Assembly (NCBI RefSeq): GCF_000372725.1
Contig: NW_005202427.1
Location: 434,001 to 498,000 of the forward strand
Source: Emiliania huxleyi CCMP1516
Lineage: Eukaryota
Reading direction: 5' to 3'
DNA length: 64,000 nucleotides
Below, one piece after another: positions 59,610 through 64,000 of this stretch. Every line of letters begins with the position of its first letter. The stretch's first letter is position 1. Both the position numbers and the translations under genes were made by a program. The notes beneath the pieces were generated by a model. The model was not told where the DNA came from, did no database searches, and worked only from the letters and a program-made list of their open reading frames with translations.

Positions 59610-62600
59610 ATGGCGGGCGGCGACATCCACGCCGCGGCGCTCCAGGGCGACATCGCCGCGGTCCGCGAGCTGATCGACAAACGGGACGACCGGATGGAGG
59701 CGGGCGGCTACACTCCGCTCGGGCTCGCGGTCTCTGCCGGGCACGTGGAGATCGTGCGGCTGCTGCTGCGCGAGACGGTGACCGTCGATGCGGCTGACGA
59801 CGAGGGCGTCACTGCGCTGATGCACGCGGCGATGCACGGGTACGGCGCGCTCGTCGATCTCCTGCTCCTGCACGGCGCGTCGCCGCTCAAGACCCGGAAC
59901 GACGGCGAGAGCGCGCACACGCTCGCTGCGCTGTATGGCCGTCCCGCCGCGCTGGGAGCCTTCTTCCGCGCGAACGGCGCGCTCGTCGAGACTCCGAACG
60001 CGCTCGGGCGCACGCCGCTGCACAACGCCGTCACTCTCCGCCACCTGATCACCATCAAGTACCTGATCGGCGCGGACCACCCTACCTCCAGAGTATCGAA
60101 TCCAGTGTGGGTTCAGTCCCGTGGGTGGTGCGGTATTAGGCGCGTGGCGGGCCGACCCCACCGTCGAGGACAGAGAAGGCAACTCTCCGCTGCACCTCTG
60201 CCGAGGGCCCGTCGAGGCGCTCGTCCTGCTGCTGCACGGAAGCGCCTCCCGCCCCTCCCTCGCCGCATCCAACCTGGCCGGCCGCACCCCACCCGAGGAG
60301 GCTGCGGCGGCGGTGCGCGCTCCACCGCACCACCCACGGAGAGCCAAACCCTCACTGGGTTCGACACTCGGGAGGTATGGTACTAGGGCGCGTCGAGCGG
60401 GGTGGTGGCGGCGATGCGGGAGGCGAGCAAGGGGGAGGGGTCGGGCGCCTGGCTCAACAGCCAGAACGTCGACACACGCCTCCTCTCCTTCCTCGCCGGC
60501 TCCCCGCTCCGCACGCCTCCGAAGCAGCTGCCCGACGGCCCCTGGTTCGGGCAGGTCCGGCCCGCGCTCGTCGTGCAGAGCCTCGTGCCCTACTGCTGGG
60601 GCCTTACCCTCGCCTACTCGCTGCCAGCGGGCGCCGCCCTCCTCGTCGGCGCGCCCCCCTACCCTACCTCCAGAGTGGTCGAATCCGGTGTGGGTTCAGC
60701 TCCGTGGGTGGTGCGGTAGGCGCGCCCCTCCTCGCGGGCTGGTGGAGCCGACTCGTGCGGAACGACCGCTGCCGCGCCGGGGCAGAAGGGCTGCTGCAGG
60801 GCTGCCCCGAGCTGCGCCACTTGCTCGGCCTCTCCGACTCCTCCTCCTCGCCGAACGGGGGGAGGCTCGACCTGTGCGCGCTCTACCGCACCACCCACGG
60901 AGCTGAACCCTCGCCGGGTTCGAGACTTTGGGAGGTATGGGACTAGGCGCGCCCCCCTCGGCCTCGTCCTTGCCATCCTCTTCCTGATGGCGACGCAGGC
61001 GCTCCTCGTGACCCCGCTGCTGCTGCCGCAGAGGCCGCTGCTCTCCCTCGCATCCTATGCCGCACAGGCCCTCCTCGTCTACAACTACGTCCACGCCGTC
61101 TCGACGCCGCCCGCGATGCTGCCCGGCGCCAAGCCGGACTACCCTACCTCCAGAGTCTCGAATCCAGTGTGGGTTCAGTCCCGTGGGTGGTGCGGGACTA
61201 GGCGCCGATGCGGAGTCCGCCGCCGCGTACTGGTCTGCCCTCGAGGTGCCTCTCCCCTACCCCCCACGGTACCTGAACCCACCCTCCCCTACCTCACGGT
61301 ACCCAAACCCACCCTCCCCTACCTCGGTATCCGAACCCACCCTCCCCTACCTCACGGTACCCGAACCCACGCCTCGTACTGGCCTCTCCCCTCGAGGTTA
61401 ATTCGCGGCTAATTGACTGCGAATCAGCTGCTAGTTCACTGTGTGCTACCTCACTTCTCTCGTTCGAGGCTAATTGGCCGCTAACTCGCTGCGAATCAGC
61501 TGCTAATCCAAGTGCTGGTTCTCTCTCTGCCCTCTCCAGGCCCTCCCCCCGAACGCGGGCTTCCCCACCGACTTTTGCGAGCGGTCCGAGCGGAGGAAGG
61601 TCGCGCGCGCGCGCTACTCCCCGATGTGCGCAGGGATGGTGCACGTGATGGACCATGACTGCGTCTGGAAATAAGAATACATAATAATCATAGGTGCGGC
61701 GGGATGGTGCACGTGATGGACCATGACTGTGACCAGCGTCTCTTCACACCTCTAGCTGTAAACAGGTGCGGCGGGATGGTGCACGTGATGGACCATGACT
61801 GCGTCTGGATCGGGACGGTCGTCTGCGAGTCGAACCACCCCGCTTTCGTCGGCTTCCTCCTCGCCGCGGTGGCCGCAATCTGCCTCCACCTCGCCTGCCT
61901 CGCTACGGTGCAGCCGCGCGTGGTGAGGCTGTTGCGCAATACTCGTACTGATAGGAAGTCAGAATCCGAGCAGGTGCAGCCGGACGTGATTCTGTTGTTG
62001 CGCAGCTTGCTCTCGGGGACGCCAGCCACGTTCGAGGCGAGGAGAGGGAGGAGGAGGAGAGGGGAGGAGGAGGAGAGGAGGGAGGAGGAGGAGAGGGAGG
62101 GAGGGGGAGAGGGAGGGAGGAGGAGAGGGAGGAGGGGGAGAGGGAGGAGGAGAGGGGTCGCGAGAAGAGGAGGGAGGAGGGGGAGAGGGAGGAGGAGGAG
62201 AGGGGTCGAGAAGAGAAGGGAGGACAGCCATCCTCATCCCAGCCCCCCCCCCCCTTCCCCCCCCCTCGAGGCGCGCGTGCTCTGCCTCTCTGCCGTCCTC
62301 TCCTCCCTCCTCCTCCTTGGGGTGCTGCCGCTTCTCATCTTCCACCTCTGGGGCGAGAGATATAGCCGAGATATAGCCGAGATATAGCCGAGAGATCGCA
62401 CCTCTGGGGCGAACCCTTCAAGAGAGAGAGAGAGAGAGAGAGTTAGCCATACCAAACAACTTTAACACTCACACGCGTCATTTGGGGCCTGGAGCCCTGT
62501 TCACGCGCGAGAGAGACGTGCAGCCCATGCAGGGTTCCCAGGTGAGAGCGAATGGCGCGGTTCACCCCTCGCACAACAGATAGCCTTCAGCGTGACGGCG

Positions 62601-63210
62601 AGGGAGTCGATGCCCCAGGAACCCTTTGGGAGCCTTCCTGGAATGTTCCTGTAGGCGCCCCCTTCAACGTCACGACGATGGAGTCGATGCGCTTCAAGTG
62701 AGACACCCCCCCCCCCCCCCCTTCCCCCCCCCTCGAGGCGCGCGTGCTCTGCCTCTCTGCCGTCCTCTCCTCCCTCCTCCTCCTCGGGGTGCTGCCGCTT
62801 CTCATCTTCCACCTCTGGGGCGCGCCCTTCAAGAGAGAGAGAGCTTCTCATAGCTTCTCATAGCTTCTCATCTTCCACCAGAGAGAGAGCTTCTCATAGC
62901 TTCTCATAGCTTCTCATCTTCCACCTCTGGGGCGCACCCTTCAAGAGAGAGAGAGAGAGAGTGGTAGCCATACCAAACAACTCGAACACTCACACGTCAT
63001 TTGGGGCCTGGAGCCCTGTTCACGCGCGCGCGAGACGTGTAGACAGGGTTGCCAGGTGAGAGCGAATGGCGCGGTTCACGCCTCGCACAACAGATAGCTT
63101 CAGCGTGACGGCGAGGGAGTCGATGCGCCAGGAGCCTTCTTGGAGCCTTCCTGGAATGTTCCTGTAGGCGCCGCCTTCAACGTCACGACGATGGAGTCGA
63201 TGCGCTTCAA
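59610..63210 (+). CDS. Ankyrin-repeat plus DHHC-family palmitoyltransferase (Akr1/ZDHHC13/17-like), DHDC variant; 3' end duplicated or incomplete near the gap
   Basis: Ankyrin repeats, TM segments, FCERSERRKVARARYSPM|CGGMVHVMDHDCVWIGTVVCESNHPAFVGFL, NVTTME (TTxE). Confidence 0.85.
60078..61201. mobile_element. Five copies of a ~60-bp introner-like element, each in its own intron (60078-60139 +, 60322-60386 -, 60659-60719 +, 60883-60946 -, 61139-61201 +); sixth copy at 54300-54348
   Basis: Consensus ctaccctacctccagagt..gaatccagtgtgggttcag..ccgtgggtggtgcgg..tag in both orientations. Confidence 0.85.
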
Positions 63211-63880
63211 GTGAGACCCCCCCCCCCCCTCCCACTGCATGTGCGTGTGCGTGTGCGTGTGCGTGTGCGTGTGCGTGTGCATGTGCATGTGCATGTGCAT
63301 GTGCGTGTGCGTGTCTCTCAGCTCTCTCTCGGCTCTCTCAGCTCTCTCTCGGCTCTCTCGGCGCCTTAAGCGACGCAAACCACTCCCACACCCCGCCCCG
63401 TCCCACTCCCTCACCCCCTGACTCAGTCAATGCCTTAGCGCAAGAGCACTTTGTGCGTAGCTCCGCGAGCAACTGTAGAGCACTGTCGGCCACCGACTGT
63501 GATGAGTGGGTGAGCCTGTGAGTGAGCCCCCATAGCACAGAGTGGTGTAGGCCATTCTCGGTCGAGTAAGAACTGATGTGGAAGCGAGCAGCCTGCTGCT
63601 ACGAGCTGCCTCATTCAACNNNNNNNNNNNNNNNNNNNNNNNNNNNNNNNNNNNNNNNNNNNNNNNNNNNNNNNNNNNNNNNNNNNNNNNNNNNNNNNNN
63701 NNNNNNNNNNNNNNNNNNNGGGGGGGGGGGGGGGGCATGAGTGACTCGCAACCCACAGACGCCAGAGCGCGCTCGCTCCGCTCTCCGCGCCCGGCCGTCT
63801 CGCTCCACCCTCAGCGCGAATTATATTTATTGAGAGTGGCCCCTTATGCTTATGCCAAGCCCAAGGGTAGGGTACTGTAA

Positions 63881-63935
63881 GAGCGGCCGCACACTGCTCG
63901 GTAGACGGTACCCCCCCCCCCCTGCACATCTAAAG
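63881..63935. mobile_element. TIR of the 39846-41155 family, preceded by TAA
   Basis: taa|gagcggccgcacactgctcggtagacggtacccc...tgcacatctaaag. Confidence 0.65.
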
Positions 63936-64000
63936 TTTAATCAGTTTTATGTATATAAGTAGAGGAACGAGTCGAGAGGACAGGGAGGGACGTGTCGCAC

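Overview
GC-rich eukaryotic genomic DNA with two 100-N gaps (30247-30346, 63620-63719). Frequent GC-AG introns and 10-11 bp intronic satellites suggest a haptophyte such as Emiliania (Gephyrocapsa) huxleyi; this is inference. Genes are functionally unrelated: an intronless vWA protein, an RBR-like RING protein, F-box/NHL, NMD3, CLPTM1 fused in frame to F-box/RCC1, a TLC protein, cytochrome b5, a Pre-SET/SET methyltransferase, a GT77-like glycosyltransferase, a sulfotransferase, a class II HDAC, ankyrin proteins, BSD, Rubisco-LSMT-like SET, ShKT, SAM and an ankyrin-DHHC palmitoyltransferase. The strongest signal is a recurring intron architecture. About 20 introns in six genes consist of a copy of the first 5-44 nt of the next exon (supplying a GC/GT/GA donor) plus a filler ending in AG, and total 64-80 nt. 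The filler is often an 11-bp satellite or a shared ~60-bp element found in both orientations. This points to intron creation by insertion with target duplication. The window also holds TIR elements with TSDs, a nested insertion, an interrupted inverted gene duplication, a tyrosine-recombinase remnant and gene-oriented upstream repeats. All gene models were derived by eye, without transcript data.
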